Origin: Candidatus Nomurabacteria bacterium
Lineage (GTDB): Bacteria > Patescibacteriota > Minisyncoccia > Phycocordibacterales > UBA9973
DNA: 64,000 nucleotides
Reading direction: 5' to 3'
NCBI GenBank assembly: GCA_052035405.1
Contig: JBPOHQ010000002.1
Location: 334 to 64,333, forward strand
A model generated the notes under the pieces. It searched no databases. It saw only the letters and a program-made list of their open reading frames with translations, and was not told where the DNA came from. Positions within the stretch are counted from its first letter, which is position 1. The number at the start of each line of letters is the position of its first letter. Positions 18,037 to 28,703 of the stretch are shown here, piece by piece. Both the position numbers and the translations under genes were made by a program.

Positions 18037-19938
18037 ATGAGTAAAATAATAGGTATAGACTTAGGTACGACAAACTCTGCGGTGGCATTCATCGAAGGAG
18101 GAGTACCAAAAATTATTGAAAATGTCGAAGGTGTGCGAACGACTCCGAGTATTGTTTCTATTGCAAAAAATGGAGACAGACTCGTCGGACTTCTCGCGAA
18201 GCGTCAGGCAGTGACCAACCCAGAAAATACCATCTACGGTATCAAGAGATTTATGGGTCACAATTTTGAAGATCCAGAAGTGCAGAAAGATTTAAAGAAT
18301 ATGTCTTTCAAGATTCAGAAAGGTGCAAACGGTGGCGTCGAAGTAAAGATCGGAGACAAGTGGATGCGTCCAGAAGAAGTCTCAGCGATGATACTCGGCA
18401 AGATTAAGGCAGACGTAGAAGCAAAGCTCGGAGAGAAAATCACTGAAGCAGTCATCACTGTGCCAGCATACTTTAACGATGCACAAAGAAAGGCAACCAA
18501 AGATGCAGGAGCTATCGCAGGACTTGATGTAAAAAGAATTATCAACGAGCCTACCGCTGCAGCACTTGCGTATGGATTTAATAAAAAGAAAAATGAAAAG
18601 ATTGTTGTGTACGACTTTGGAGGAGGAACATTTGATGTATCCGTACTTGAGATAGGTGATGATGTTATTGAAGTAAAATCTACTGATGGAGACTCTCACC
18701 TTGGAGGTCGTGATATAGACCACAAGATTATTAATTGGATTGCAGAAGAATTCAAAAAGACTTCTGGAGTAGACGTCCGTAAAGACGCCCTCGCTCTTCA
18801 GAGACTTGATGAAGCTGCTGAAAAAGCAAAAATTGAACTCTCTACAGCTATTGAGACTGAAATAAATATTCCATTTATCACTTCTACTGCAGAAGGTCCA
18901 CAACACTTACTTTTGAAAATGACTCGTGCACAACTCGAGTCTATCGCAGACGAATACATTACTCGCTCAATAGAGATCACAAAGCGTGCAATGAGTGCTT
19001 CAGGATTTAAGATGGAAGAGATGAATGAGATCATCATGGTCGGAGGTCAGACTCGTATGCCAAAGATTCTCGAAGAAGTAAAGAAAGTATTTGGTAAGAC
19101 TCCAAACCTCACTATCAATCCAGATGAAGTCGTAGCCCTTGGTGCTGCAGTGCAAGCTGGAGTATTGCAAGGAGATGTGCGAGATGTATTACTTCTCGAC
19201 GTCATCCCGCTATCTCTCGGTATTGAGACTCTTGGAGGCGTAGCTACCAAGCTTATCGAAAGAAACACTACTATCCCTGCAAGTAAGTCTCAAGTATTCT
19301 CTACTGCTGCGGACAATCAGACTAGTGTAGAAATTCACATAGTCCAAGGAGAACGACCAATGGCAAGCGACAACAAATCTCTCGGAAGATTTATCTTGGA
19401 CGGCGTCCCACCAGCACCACGCGGAATTCCACAAGTTGAAGTCTCATTTGATGTAGACGTAAACGGAATACTAAACGTAACTGCAAAAGATAAAGCATCT
19501 GGAAAAGCGAACTCTATCAAGATTGAAGCAAGTTCAGGATTGAAAGAAGAAGATATTAAGAAGATGCAACAAGACGCAGAACTTCACGCCGAAGAAGATA
19601 AGAAAAAGAAAGAAGTTGTTGAAATTAAGAATACTGCTGAGATGATCATGTATACAGCTGAGAAGTCTCTTAAAGAAAATGAAGCGAAGCTTCCTGAAGA
19701 CGTAAAGACTGGAGTTCAAGGTAAAATCGACGCATTGAAAGCAGTGAAAGACGGATCTGATGCAGACGCTATCAAGAAAGCGACAGAAGAACTTTCAAAC
19801 GAAATGTCGAAGATCGGTGAAGCGATGGCGAAAGCAGGTGGAACAGAAGGAGCAGCACCAGAAGGTAATACTACTCCAGAAGAACAACCAGCCGAAGTCT
19901 GCGACGCAGAAACAAACGAAGGAGAAAATAAAGCCTAA
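18037..19938 (+). CDS. dnaK: chaperone DnaK
   Basis: [38 protein letters not shown]. Confidence 0.98.
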   Translation: MSKIIGIDLGTTNSAVAFIEGGVPKIIENVEGVRTTPSIVSIAKNGDRLVGLLAKRQAVTNPENTIYGIKRFMGHNFEDPEVQKDLKNMSFKIQKGANGGVEVKIGDKWMRPEEVSAMILGKIKADVEAKLGEKITEAVITVPAYFNDAQRKATKDAGAIAGLDVKRIINEPTAAALAYGFNKKKNEKIVVYDFGGGTFDVSVLEIGDDVIEVKSTDGDSHLGGRDIDHKIINWIAEEFKKTSGVDVRKDALALQRLDEAAEKAKIELSTAIETEINIPFITSTAEGPQHLLLKMTRAQLESIADEYITRSIEITKRAMSASGFKMEEMNEIIMVGGQTRMPKILEEVKKVFGKTPNLTINPDEVVALGAAVQAGVLQGDVRDVLLLDVIPLSLGIETLGGVATKLIERNTTIPASKSQVFSTAADNQTSVEIHIVQGERPMASDNKSLGRFILDGVPPAPRGIPQVEVSFDVDVNGILNVTAKDKASGKANSIKIEASSGLKEEDIKKMQQDAELHAEEDKKKKEVVEIKNTAEMIMYTAEKSLKENEAKLPEDVKTGVQGKIDALKAVKDGSDADAIKKATEELSNEMSKIGEAMAKAGGTEGAAPEGNTTPEEQPAEVCDAETNEGENKA

Positions 19939-19966
19939 AATAAAAGCCCCATTTGGGGCTTTTATT
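19939..19966 (+). terminator. intrinsic terminator after dnaK
   Basis: AATAAAAGCCCC-attt-GGGGCTTTTATT. Confidence 0.8.
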
Positions 19967-19992
19967 TATTACAAACACATTAAATTAATACA

Positions 19993-20766
19993 ATGACAAA
20001 AAAACTAATAAAAAACTCTGAGAATAATTTACCACCCCCGACCCCTGAAAAATTGACATGGCATCTTGGATTAAGCTTATTCAAAAATCGAGTTTTTAAG
20101 ATACGAACTACTAAAGGTTGGGGTACTGGATTTTTAATTAGTAATTACGATAATGGTGATCTTTGTGCAATCGCTACAGCCTATCATGTAATTAATGTGG
20201 CTCACGATTGGGGTGAACCTATTAAATTAATTCACGAAGGAACAGGTAAAGAGATATACTTGAAAAAAGAAGAAGATCGAGCAATTCTTCTTTATCCAAC
20301 AAAGGACTTGGCTGTAATTCTTTTCAAATTACCAAATGATTTAGATTTGCCACAGGAACCAATTGAATATGTTTCGGCACAGAACTATTTGGTTCCTGGT
20401 GTTGAAGTGGGATGGTGTGGCTTTCCGAATGTAAGAGATGACAAACTTTGTTTTTTTCATGGATATGTTAGTTGTTATCTTGATCAAGAAGGAGATTATT
20501 TAATTGATGGAGTAGCAATACATGGTGTTAGTGGAGGGCCAGTTTTTTATATTGATAATTTCACAAATAAACTTACTGTTGCAGGTGTAATTACACAATA
20601 TATAGCAAATCGCGCTACGGGAGAAAGCTTACCGGGGGTAAGTATGATTACCTCCATTGCTCCATGTGAGGAGACTATAAAAAACTTAAAAAATCTTAGT
20701 GAGGCAAAAAAGGAAGAAAAAGAACAAAAAACGACTGAGATAAAAACATTAGATGAGGGTAACTAA
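19993..20766 (+). CDS. trypsin-like serine protease
   Basis: GTGFL, TAYH, DLAVI, GFP, GVSGGPV. Confidence 0.85.
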   Translation: MTKKLIKNSENNLPPPTPEKLTWHLGLSLFKNRVFKIRTTKGWGTGFLISNYDNGDLCAIATAYHVINVAHDWGEPIKLIHEGTGKEIYLKKEEDRAILLYPTKDLAVILFKLPNDLDLPQEPIEYVSAQNYLVPGVEVGWCGFPNVRDDKLCFFHGYVSCYLDQEGDYLIDGVAIHGVSGGPVFYIDNFTNKLTVAGVITQYIANRATGESLPGVSMITSIAPCEETIKNLKNLSEAKKEEKEQKTTEIKTLDEGN

Positions 20767-20841
20767 AATTTTTAGTTTTACTTCTTAACATATAACTAGT
20801 AAGGATTGTCCTAACGAAAGGGGTAAGACATAAATAAAATA

Positions 20842-21181
20842 ATGAAAGTAACAAAAAAATCAAATGAATCTTTTGTGCGTGAAGATGCTCACGGTGGAAG
20901 TGGTGGTAGAAAGTTGTTGTTAGCTGACAACGAAATGAAAAATGTGCAGGGGGATGACTCATGGATTCTTGCCTCCTGGTTCAAAGTTTGAATGGCACAA
21001 CCACGACAAATTGAATGAAGTAATGTATGTCCTAAAAGGCGAGGGTACAGTCCGTGATGAAGACGGTATTTATCCATACAATGCTGGAGATGTTTTTATT
21101 TTTCCTGAAGGTATTTACCACGAAATTGAAAATACTTCTAACGAAGAACATGAATATATATTCGTAAGGGTTTATTTATAA
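20842..21181 (+). pseudogene. cupin-domain protein split by a one-base insertion in a G5 run (20949-20953)
   Basis: The 20842 frame gives MKVTKKSNESFVREDAHGGSGGRKLLLADNEMKNVQG; the shifted frame continues MTHGFLPPG..WHNH..E..G...HEIEN. Confidence 0.75.
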
Positions 21182-21257
21182 TTTACTAAAACGGTTTTTA
21201 GTAGAAAAAGGCTTTTTTGTTTTGGTAAAAGATACTACTGAGTGATATAATTCTTCT

Positions 21258-23465
21258 ATGGCAATAGAAGGACTACCGGAGAATAAAGATATAACATATC
21301 TCGGATATTCTACGTACAGAGATCAAAATAAACTTTTTGGTATTAAGCGACGTGATCGTCGTCAGCATACCTACGTACTTGGAAAGTCCGGTACTGGTAA
21401 GTCTGCACTCATGTTCAATATGATCATTCAGAATGTTATGAATGGTGAAGGTGTGTGCGTCATAGACCCTCACGGTGAGCTCGTAGAAAGTGTTCTCTCA
21501 GCTATCCCTCCGCATCGCGTAAAAGACGTCGTGTATTTCAACCCTGCAGATATTGACTATCATATTGGTTTTAATGTATTGGAAATCGTTGACCCTCGAT
21601 ATAAAAACCTTGTCTCTTCAGGACTCATGGGAATATTTACAAAGATCTGGGCGAACGCTTGGTCTGCTCGTATGGAATACATCTTGAACAATACTATCCT
21701 AGCGTTGCTTGATACTCCTGAGACGACTCTTCTCGGGGTGACTCGTATGCTCGTGGACAAAGAATACAGACAGAAAATTATTTCTAATCTAAAGGATCCA
21801 GTTATTAAAGCTTTTTGGATTCACGAATACGAAGCATGGCAAGATAAATTCAGAAATGAAGCTATTGCTCCGATTCAAAACAAAGTTGGTCAGTTCCTTT
21901 CTTCTGCGATTATTCGTAATGTCGTCGGGCAAGCAAAAAGCACTATCAACATTTTCGACATCATGAACGAAGGAAAGATATTCCTCGTGAACGTTTCCAA
22001 GGGTCGTATCGGTGAAGATAACTCCCGACTCATCGGAGGAATGCTCATCACCAAGTTGCAGCTTGCTGCGATGGAGCGTGTGCGTATCCCAGAAGACGAA
22101 CGTAAAGACTTCTACTTGTATGTGGACGAATTCCAAAACTTCGTGACGGATTCATTTGCTTCTATCCTTTCTGAAGCTCGTAAATACCGCCTGAACCTCA
22201 TCGTGGCTCACCAGTATACTGCTCAGTTGGTGACAAAAGAAAGTTCTAATGTCCGTGATGCTATTTTCGGTAACGTCGGAACCATGATTATCTTTCGTGT
22301 TGGTGCAGACGATGCAGATTTTTTGGAAAAAGAGTTTATGCCTGAGTTTACCCCTGAGGACATTGTGAATCTTCCTAACTATAAAATTTATCTGAAGCTC
22401 ATGATAAACGGTATTACCTCACGTCCTTTTTCTGCAAAAACTTTACCGCCTTTGGTTAAAGGAGGCAATAAGGATATCGAAGAAATGGTGATCAATTCTT
22501 CTCGAGCGTTATATTGTAAACCAAGAGAAGAAGTAGAGAGAGATATCAATGAATGGAGTGGAGTCTCAGCTACTGGCGACTCAGGTAACAGTGGAGGATC
22601 TAATTCCTCTAACTTTACAGGAGAGAAGTTTACTACTGTATGTTCTATTTGCGGAAAAGAAACGACCGTTCCTTTCAAGCCTGAAGCAGGCCGCCCTGTG
22701 TACTGTAAGGACTGTATCGCAAAGATTAAAGCAGGAGAGATGAAGCCTATAAAAAGTAATTTCAAAGATCAGAGAATTGATGAAGCGAAATACCACAAAC
22801 CTCTTTCAGACTTGGGTATAGAGTTTGTTTCTCTTGATGAAAAAAGTAATAGGCCTATAAATGAACCTGCTCAACAAAAGCCGCAGAATCCTGGAAGACC
22901 AGTTGGTAATCCCTCTCTTAGGCAGAGACCAAATACGCACCAAAAGCCTGGTGTTCTTAGTGGAATAAAAAATGTATTCAATAAAAAGCCGGAGCAAGAG
23001 GTGAGGTCTAAGACTGTGCATGTGCCCGGTATGAATCTAGGCCTCAAAGATGCCCTCAATAAAGCCCTTTCAGAAAAGACTATTACCGAAGTTCCACCTG
23101 GGATTACTCCTAAAAAAGAAGCTATGGCAAAGGCACCTGAGCCTACACCTATCTCACTTGCATCTTTACGACCTACTCCGGCTCCTAGTGCACTGTCTTC
23201 AGATAGAGCTGCAAATGCTGATGCGATGAACAAGCTCAAGAGTTTTATTTTTGAAAAAGTTGAAGAACCAGAAACAGAGAAAAAACCAGAACCAGTAAGT
23301 ATTCCAGTACAAGAAAAAGAAGTAGAAAAAGAAATACCAAAACAACCAGAAAAAGTAGAGGAAGATATTCCAGTACATACTCAAACAGACAACAAACAAC
23401 CTGACACGAGTGCAGTAAAACCTAAAGAAGTACCCGAAGAAGTCCTTAGAAAAATTCTAGAATAA
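21258..23465 (+). CDS. VirB4/VirD4(TraG)-like P-loop ATPase with a CxxC-x17-CxxC zinc finger and disordered tail
   Basis: GKSGTGKS, IDPHGE, LYVDEFQN, SEARKY, AHQY; CSICG...PFKP..GRPVYCKDC. Confidence 0.85.
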   Translation: MAIEGLPENKDITYLGYSTYRDQNKLFGIKRRDRRQHTYVLGKSGTGKSALMFNMIIQNVMNGEGVCVIDPHGELVESVLSAIPPHRVKDVVYFNPADIDYHIGFNVLEIVDPRYKNLVSSGLMGIFTKIWANAWSARMEYILNNTILALLDTPETTLLGVTRMLVDKEYRQKIISNLKDPVIKAFWIHEYEAWQDKFRNEAIAPIQNKVGQFLSSAIIRNVVGQAKSTINIFDIMNEGKIFLVNVSKGRIGEDNSRLIGGMLITKLQLAAMERVRIPEDERKDFYLYVDEFQNFVTDSFASILSEARKYRLNLIVAHQYTAQLVTKESSNVRDAIFGNVGTMIIFRVGADDADFLEKEFMPEFTPEDIVNLPNYKIYLKLMINGITSRPFSAKTLPPLVKGGNKDIEEMVINSSRALYCKPREEVERDINEWSGVSATGDSGNSGGSNSSNFTGEKFTTVCSICGKETTVPFKPEAGRPVYCKDCIAKIKAGEMKPIKSNFKDQRIDEAKYHKPLSDLGIEFVSLDEKSNRPINEPAQQKPQNPGRPVGNPSLRQRPNTHQKPGVLSGIKNVFNKKPEQEVRSKTVHVPGMNLGLKDALNKALSEKTITEVPPGITPKKEAMAKAPEPTPISLASLRPTPAPSALSSDRAANADAMNKLKSFIFEKVEEPETEKKPEPVSIPVQEKEVEKEIPKQPEKVEEDIPVHTQTDNKQPDTSAVKPKEVPEEVLRKILE

Positions 23466-23466
23466 T

Positions 23467-24162
23467 TTAGATACCTTGAACGCTTCGATATGTAGCAATA
23501 ATCGCTGCTGTTTCTCCACGCAGTGTTAAGTCTCCTAGAGAGGTAATCGAGAATTTTTGTTCTGCTGCATCTTGGATTTCTTTTGCAGAAAATCCACCTT
23601 CAGGTCCTATGAAGATGCTGATATTTTTCGATTCTTTTTTTGGTGTGTACTCTTCGTGAACTAAGTGAAAGATAATCTTCTCTTCACTTTCTCCGGCGTG
23701 TTTGAGTGCTTGAGCAAAGTCCATGCTCTCAAAGAGTGTTGGGACAATACTTCTACCAGATTGCTCACTCGCTTCTTTGAGTATCTTTTCTAATCTCTCA
23801 GTATTTAATCCAGTCTTGATGGTTCTCTCTGTAATGATGGGTACGATTGTTGAGACTCCGCATTCAGTAGCTTTTTGTACTGCGAGTTCGAAATTATCTT
23901 TTTTGAGTATAGCTAGATACAAAGTCACTTTTCTCTGAGAATCTTCTTTTTGTATGACATCTTTGATTTCGCACACTATTTTATCTGAAAAAAGGGCCGT
24001 GATAGAAGCTTGTGCTTCTCTACCATGTCCATCAGATAAGAGAATTTGTTCACCTATTTCTAGTTTTAATACATTACGTATTTGTTTTACAATTTCAATA
24101 TCTTCAATTGAAAATTCTCCGATAGATAGGTTAAAATTGCTAATAAATCTATGTAATTTCAT
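23467..24162 (-). CDS. rsmE: 16S rRNA m3U1498 methyltransferase RsmE
   Basis: QKATECGV, EASEQSGR, IGPEGGFS, LRGETAA. Confidence 0.93.
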   Translation of the reverse strand: MKLHRFISNFNLSIGEFSIEDIEIVKQIRNVLKLEIGEQILLSDGHGREAQASITALFSDKIVCEIKDVIQKEDSQRKVTLYLAILKKDNFELAVQKATECGVSTIVPIITERTIKTGLNTERLEKILKEASEQSGRSIVPTLFESMDFAQALKHAGESEEKIIFHLVHEEYTPKKESKNISIFIGPEGGFSAKEIQDAAEQKFSITSLGDLTLRGETAAIIATYRSVQGI

Positions 24163-24190
24163 ATTTTATATGATACACTTAAAGGATAAT

Positions 24191-25585
24191 ATGGCAAATC
24201 CAAATAGAGTACAAATAGTCAAATATGGACCGCCTCCTCCAGAACTCCCAGTCTTCGGTAAAGTGAAACCAGAAGAGGTTTCTTTTATTGGACGTACGAA
24301 TTACGTGGCTGCACTTGAAGAAAAAAAATTTATTTTTGGTATCAAACGTGTTGATCGACGTCGTCATCTCTATGTTATCGGAAAGTCTGGAGTAGGGAAA
24401 ACTAAGCTTTTAGAACTCATGCTCAGACAGGATATAGCATATGGAGAAGGACTATGTCTCTTTGACCCACACGGGGATATGATTGATTCTTTGCTTGATT
24501 TTATCCCAAAAGAGAGAATCGGAGATGTGTGTATTATCGATCCTTCAGATATTGATTTTCCCATATCTTTCAATCCACTTACTGGAGTGGACCCTATGTT
24601 TAAATTTCAGCTAACGCAGGGGTTGATAGAAGTACTACAGAAACAATTTGGGTCTAATTGGAATCCAAAGATAGAACATGTGTTGCGTTTTACGTGTCTT
24701 GCGTTACTTGATTATCCAGAGGCTACCATGCGCGGAATGATATCGATGCTCACAGACAGAGAGTATAGACAAAAAGTTGTTCCTTATATTGAAGACGATA
24801 TGGTAAAAAGATTTTTCGCTGTTGAATTTTCTGATTGGTCTGAAAAGTTTGATAATGATGCGATTATCCCACTCGTAAATAAACTCGGTCAATTCTTGTC
24901 TGATCCACTTCTTCGAAATATTTTTATACAAAAAGAAAATAAAGTAGATCTGACAGTACTCATGAATACTCAAAAAATTGTTTTGATTAATTTATCCAAG
25001 GGTCGTATCGGAGAGGATAACTCATCTTTCTTTGGATCAATGCTTTTGACTAAAATCAAACAAGCGGGTATGGAGCGTGCGAATATTCAAGAAAAAGACA
25101 GAAAAGACTTTTATGTGTACGTGGATGAATTTCAAAATATCATTACTCAGACATTTGAAAATATTTTGTCTGAAGCTCGTAAGTATGGACTCAATCTCAC
25201 CTTTGCTCATCAGTACGTCGCACAAATAAATCCTAAAATCCTGCAAGCGATATTGGGTAACATTGGAAGCATTATTTCTTTTAGAATAGGCGGTGAAGAT
25301 GCTTTAAAATTAAAACCAGAATTTGACCCTGTGTTTGGCGTCAAAGACATGATAAACCTCGGTGTAGGTGAAATGTACATCAAAATGACCATAGATGGCG
25401 AGTCTTATGATCCATTCTCAGCAGAGACCTTAAAGGTTTTGCCACCTCCTCATGAGTCTTATCGAGAGGAGATTATTAAAGCCTCACGTCAAAAATACGC
25501 TATTTCTAAAGGAGATGCGATCAGACAGATAGAAGAAGAGAAAGGGAATGTTGAATCTTCACAGGAGGCTCCTCCTGTGATATAG
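24191..25585 (+). CDS. second VirB4/VirD4-like P-loop ATPase (paralog of 21258)
   Basis: GKSGVGKT, DPHGD, YVDEFQN, SEARKY; likely start ATG 24191, because the track start at 23954 overlaps rsmE. Confidence 0.85.
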   Translation: MANPNRVQIVKYGPPPPELPVFGKVKPEEVSFIGRTNYVAALEEKKFIFGIKRVDRRRHLYVIGKSGVGKTKLLELMLRQDIAYGEGLCLFDPHGDMIDSLLDFIPKERIGDVCIIDPSDIDFPISFNPLTGVDPMFKFQLTQGLIEVLQKQFGSNWNPKIEHVLRFTCLALLDYPEATMRGMISMLTDREYRQKVVPYIEDDMVKRFFAVEFSDWSEKFDNDAIIPLVNKLGQFLSDPLLRNIFIQKENKVDLTVLMNTQKIVLINLSKGRIGEDNSSFFGSMLLTKIKQAGMERANIQEKDRKDFYVYVDEFQNIITQTFENILSEARKYGLNLTFAHQYVAQINPKILQAILGNIGSIISFRIGGEDALKLKPEFDPVFGVKDMINLGVGEMYIKMTIDGESYDPFSAETLKVLPPPHESYREEIIKASRQKYAISKGDAIRQIEEEKGNVESSQEAPPVI

Positions 25586-25626
25586 TATCGAAACAATTTT
25601 AATAACTTTTAACAACTTAAAACTAT

Positions 25627-26709
25627 ATGAAAAAAGACTACTACGAAATTTTAGGTGTAAGTAAAAGTTCTTCAAAAGATGAAATCAAGAAGGCTTTTTA
25701 TAAATTAGCACATAAATATCACCCTGATAAAAAAGAAGGTGATGAAAAGAAATTTAAAGAGGTAAATGAAGCATATCAGGTCCTTTCTGATGATGCTAAA
25801 CGTTCTCAGTACGACCAATATGGAGCTGGATTTGAGAACATGGGTGGCGGAGCTGGGTATGGTCAACAGCAAGGAGGATTCGGAGGTTTTGACTTTTCTG
25901 GTTTTCAAAATGGCGGAGCTGATTTTGATTTAAACGACATCTTCAGTGATTTCTTTGGTGGAGGTATGGGAGGAGGAAGACAACAAGCTCGCCGCGGAAG
26001 AGATATCTCTACTGAGATACAGATTTCTTTTGCTGATTCTGTTTTTGGTGTTGATAGGAAAATTTTACTTACAAAGACTTCTTCATGTCTAACCTGTAAT
26101 GGAAAAGGTGCAAAACCTGGAACTAAGATGGATACCTGTAAGACATGTAATGGTCAAGGTCAGGTACGTGAAGCAAAGAGAACAATACTCGGAACTATCT
26201 CGACGACAAAGATTTGTGAGACTTGTTTTGGAGCTGGAGAAATGCCAAAGGAGCCATGTGAAAAATGCAAAGGCAAAGGAGTGCTTCGTAGAGAAGAAGA
26301 GATCGATATAGCTATCCCAGGAGGTATCCGAGACGGCGAAATGATCCGCATGACGGGCATGGGTGAAGCTGTTTCAAAAGGTGCGACAGGGGACTTGTAC
26401 ATCAAGATAAACGTTGCTCCACATGCAGTGTTTAAACGCGATGGTAATGACCTCACCATGGGGCTTAACTTAAAACTTACTGATGCATTGCTTGGTACAA
26501 AACATCAAATAGAGACCCTCGATGGAAAGATTGAGGTTACTATTCCTGAAGGAGTAGGTATGAACGAAGTTCTTCGAGTAAAAGGCAAAGGAGTATCTAG
26601 TAAAGGCAAGCGTGGAGATCTACTTATAAAACTCAACATAAAACTTCCAACAAAACTTTCCCGTAAAGAAAGAGAGCTAATAGAACAACTAAAAAAAGAA
26701 GGGATTTAG
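25627..26709 (+). CDS. dnaJ: chaperone DnaJ
   Basis: HPD motif, G/F region, four CxxCxGxG repeats. Confidence 0.97.
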   Translation: MKKDYYEILGVSKSSSKDEIKKAFYKLAHKYHPDKKEGDEKKFKEVNEAYQVLSDDAKRSQYDQYGAGFENMGGGAGYGQQQGGFGGFDFSGFQNGGADFDLNDIFSDFFGGGMGGGRQQARRGRDISTEIQISFADSVFGVDRKILLTKTSSCLTCNGKGAKPGTKMDTCKTCNGQGQVREAKRTILGTISTTKICETCFGAGEMPKEPCEKCKGKGVLRREEEIDIAIPGGIRDGEMIRMTGMGEAVSKGATGDLYIKINVAPHAVFKRDGNDLTMGLNLKLTDALLGTKHQIETLDGKIEVTIPEGVGMNEVLRVKGKGVSSKGKRGDLLIKLNIKLPTKLSRKERELIEQLKKEGI

Positions 26710-27797
26710 TTTATATATCCTTTCTTTACTAATAATTCAGCATTAAGTATCCCTCCACCTGCGGCACCGCGGACTGTGTTGTGAGAGAGGGCTACAAATT
26801 TATAGTCGAAGATATTGCATTCTCGAAGACGGCCTATGGTAACAGCCATGCCTTTGTCAGTATTTCTATCTTTGCTTGGCTGCGGTCTATTTTCTTCACT
26901 TGTGTAATGTATTGGTTGTACCGGAGCGAAAGGAAGCTCGAGTTCTTGAGGAACACTTTTGAAGTTTTTCCAGATTTCTAATATTTGTTCTTTAGATGGT
27001 TTTTTGTCTTTGAATAAAATATTCACTGTAGCAGTGTGTCCATCTGTGACTGGTACGCGAGTACAGGTAGCAGAAATCTTTAAACTATCTCTGTTTACAA
27101 ATTTTCCATCAACAATTTTCCCAAGAATTTTTAATGGTTCTTTTTCTGTCTTTTCTTCTTCGCCTCCTATGAACGGTACAATATTATCAATCATATCGAG
27201 TGAAGGTACTCCAGGGTATCCTGCACCAGATACTGCTTGCATGGTGGTGATCATTATTTTTTCTATTTCGTATCCTGCTTGTTCTAAGGCATATATCGGA
27301 GTGAGGTAACTCTGTAGTGAGCAGTTTGGTTTTACCGCAATAAATCCTTTATCCCAACCATGATTTTTCTTTTGTATTTCTATTATATTGGCATGATCTG
27401 CATTTATCTCGGGAATGAGCATTGGTACATCTTCTGTCCATCTATTTGCAGATGCGTTGGATACAACAGGGAGCCCAGCTTCGGCGTATTTCTTTTCTGT
27501 TTCTTTAACGAGTTCTTTGTCTGGCATCTCAAAAGCAGAAAATACAAAGTCGCAAATTTCTTTTGCTTTATCAATATTCGCTACGTCTTCTACTATTAGA
27601 TCCGCAACATTTTCTGGAATAGGTGAGTGCATCTGCCATCGTCCTTTTACTGACTCTCCATAACTTACTCCAGCAGAGTTTGCTGATGCAGCGACGTAGG
27701 CGACATCAAACCAAGGATGATTCTCGAGTAGTCTTATATAGTTTTGTCCGACCATTCCCGTCGCTCCCAATACTCCTACTTTAAATTTTTTAGTCAT
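26706..27797 (-). CDS. asd: aspartate-semialdehyde dehydrogenase
   Basis: GATGMVG, VSNAS, PNCS, QAVSGAG, RVPVx[13 protein letters not shown]. Confidence 0.95.
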   Translation of the reverse strand: MTKKFKVGVLGATGMVGQNYIRLLENHPWFDVAYVAASANSAGVSYGESVKGRWQMHSPIPENVADLIVEDVANIDKAKEICDFVFSAFEMPDKELVKETEKKYAEAGLPVVSNASANRWTEDVPMLIPEINADHANIIEIQKKNHGWDKGFIAVKPNCSLQSYLTPIYALEQAGYEIEKIMITTMQAVSGAGYPGVPSLDMIDNIVPFIGGEEEKTEKEPLKILGKIVDGKFVNRDSLKISATCTRVPVTDGHTATVNILFKDKKPSKEQILEIWKNFKSVPQELELPFAPVQPIHYTSEENRPQPSKDRNTDKGMAVTIGRLRECNIFDYKFVALSHNTVRGAAGGGILNAELLVKKGYIN

Positions 27798-27938
27798 TTT
27801 ATTTTTTCTAAGTTAAATTAATTTACCCTTTAAATATATAGTTTTTTTGTAGAAAAATCTATAATATAGACATTGACTTTTTTAATTTTATGTGCTATTA
27901 ATAAACTTAATAAATTCTTTGAAATAAATAGGCAAATT

Positions 27939-27990
27939 TGGTTACAGCTACTAGATACGTTATAAATAAAGTATTTAATAGCTGTAACCA
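27939..27990 (+). other. leader hairpin upstream of the orphan gene at 28069
   Basis: TGGTTACAGCTA / TAGCTGTAACCA 12-bp stem. Confidence 0.55.
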
Positions 27991-28068
27991 TCTTGGATGC
28001 AGTTCCTTCTCGGAGTAGAGAAAATTACCCAGTTGCAACGTAGCATAATGGGCAAAATTCTATTTATC

Positions 28069-28659
28069 ATGGCAAAAGAAAATAATTTCGCTGCTGCAAA
28101 CTTAACTTTTGGTCAATTAAATGCCCTCGTAAAAAAAATGGGTGGCGAACAAAAAGTTCTGGACTTTTTAGCTGGTCGGTTACTTCTTACTAATTTTTTT
28201 GACTACAAAGATGGTATCGTGTATTTAAAAATAGAGCATCCTGCTCTTATAACAAAGTCTGAATGGGAAATACAACTTGGAGATCGGCTTAAACAAATCC
28301 CTCAAAAGTTTATTCGTCGTCTTGAAATCGCACAAAGTTACCATACCTTTGATAAAATCGAAGTGTGCGTCTTTAAAAAGAGACTCGATGATGGTGAAAT
28401 GCGTAGCTTTAATGTTTTTAAACCAAAACCAAGTTTAGTATTTCAACTACAGAAAGTTATTCCAGATAATGGAATATTACTGATGGGATATACTGAATTA
28501 TTGGTCATGCATGAACCAATTTCACGGACAGGTTACCGTCAAAGCCCTGCCCAAATGGGTCTCCTTTTAGGAGGAAGTGTCACTCTTGAAAATTTTCGAG
28601 GGAAACACGAGCGTCATCATCAAGGAACAGGTTTTGTGTATGTAAAAAATAAAAATTAA
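28069..28659 (+). CDS. hypothetical protein with a GQLNALVKKxGG N-terminal motif
   Basis: Long ORF (27997-28659) with its own promoter and terminator; start uncertain. Confidence 0.6.
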   Translation: MAKENNFAAANLTFGQLNALVKKMGGEQKVLDFLAGRLLLTNFFDYKDGIVYLKIEHPALITKSEWEIQLGDRLKQIPQKFIRRLEIAQSYHTFDKIEVCVFKKRLDDGEMRSFNVFKPKPSLVFQLQKVIPDNGILLMGYTELLVMHEPISRTGYRQSPAQMGLLLGGSVTLENFRGKHERHHQGTGFVYVKNKN

Positions 28660-28665
28660 CAATTT

Positions 28666-28698
28666 GGCCGTGTCTTTGTAATGAGGACACGGCTATTT
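28666..28698. terminator. terminator between the convergent orphan gene and aspartokinase
   Basis: GGCCGTGTCTT...GAGGACACGGCT stem-loop. Confidence 0.65.
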
Positions 28699-28703
28699 AA
28701 ATT

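Noticed and set aside
23954-24190. Long N-terminal extension of the second ATPase in the ORF track
   Set aside because: It is antisense overlap with rsmE; homology to the paralog begins after ATG 24191
21258-25585. Integrative conjugative element
   Set aside because: No relaxase, integrase, att sites or mating-pair genes; flanked by dnaK, rsmE and dnaJ
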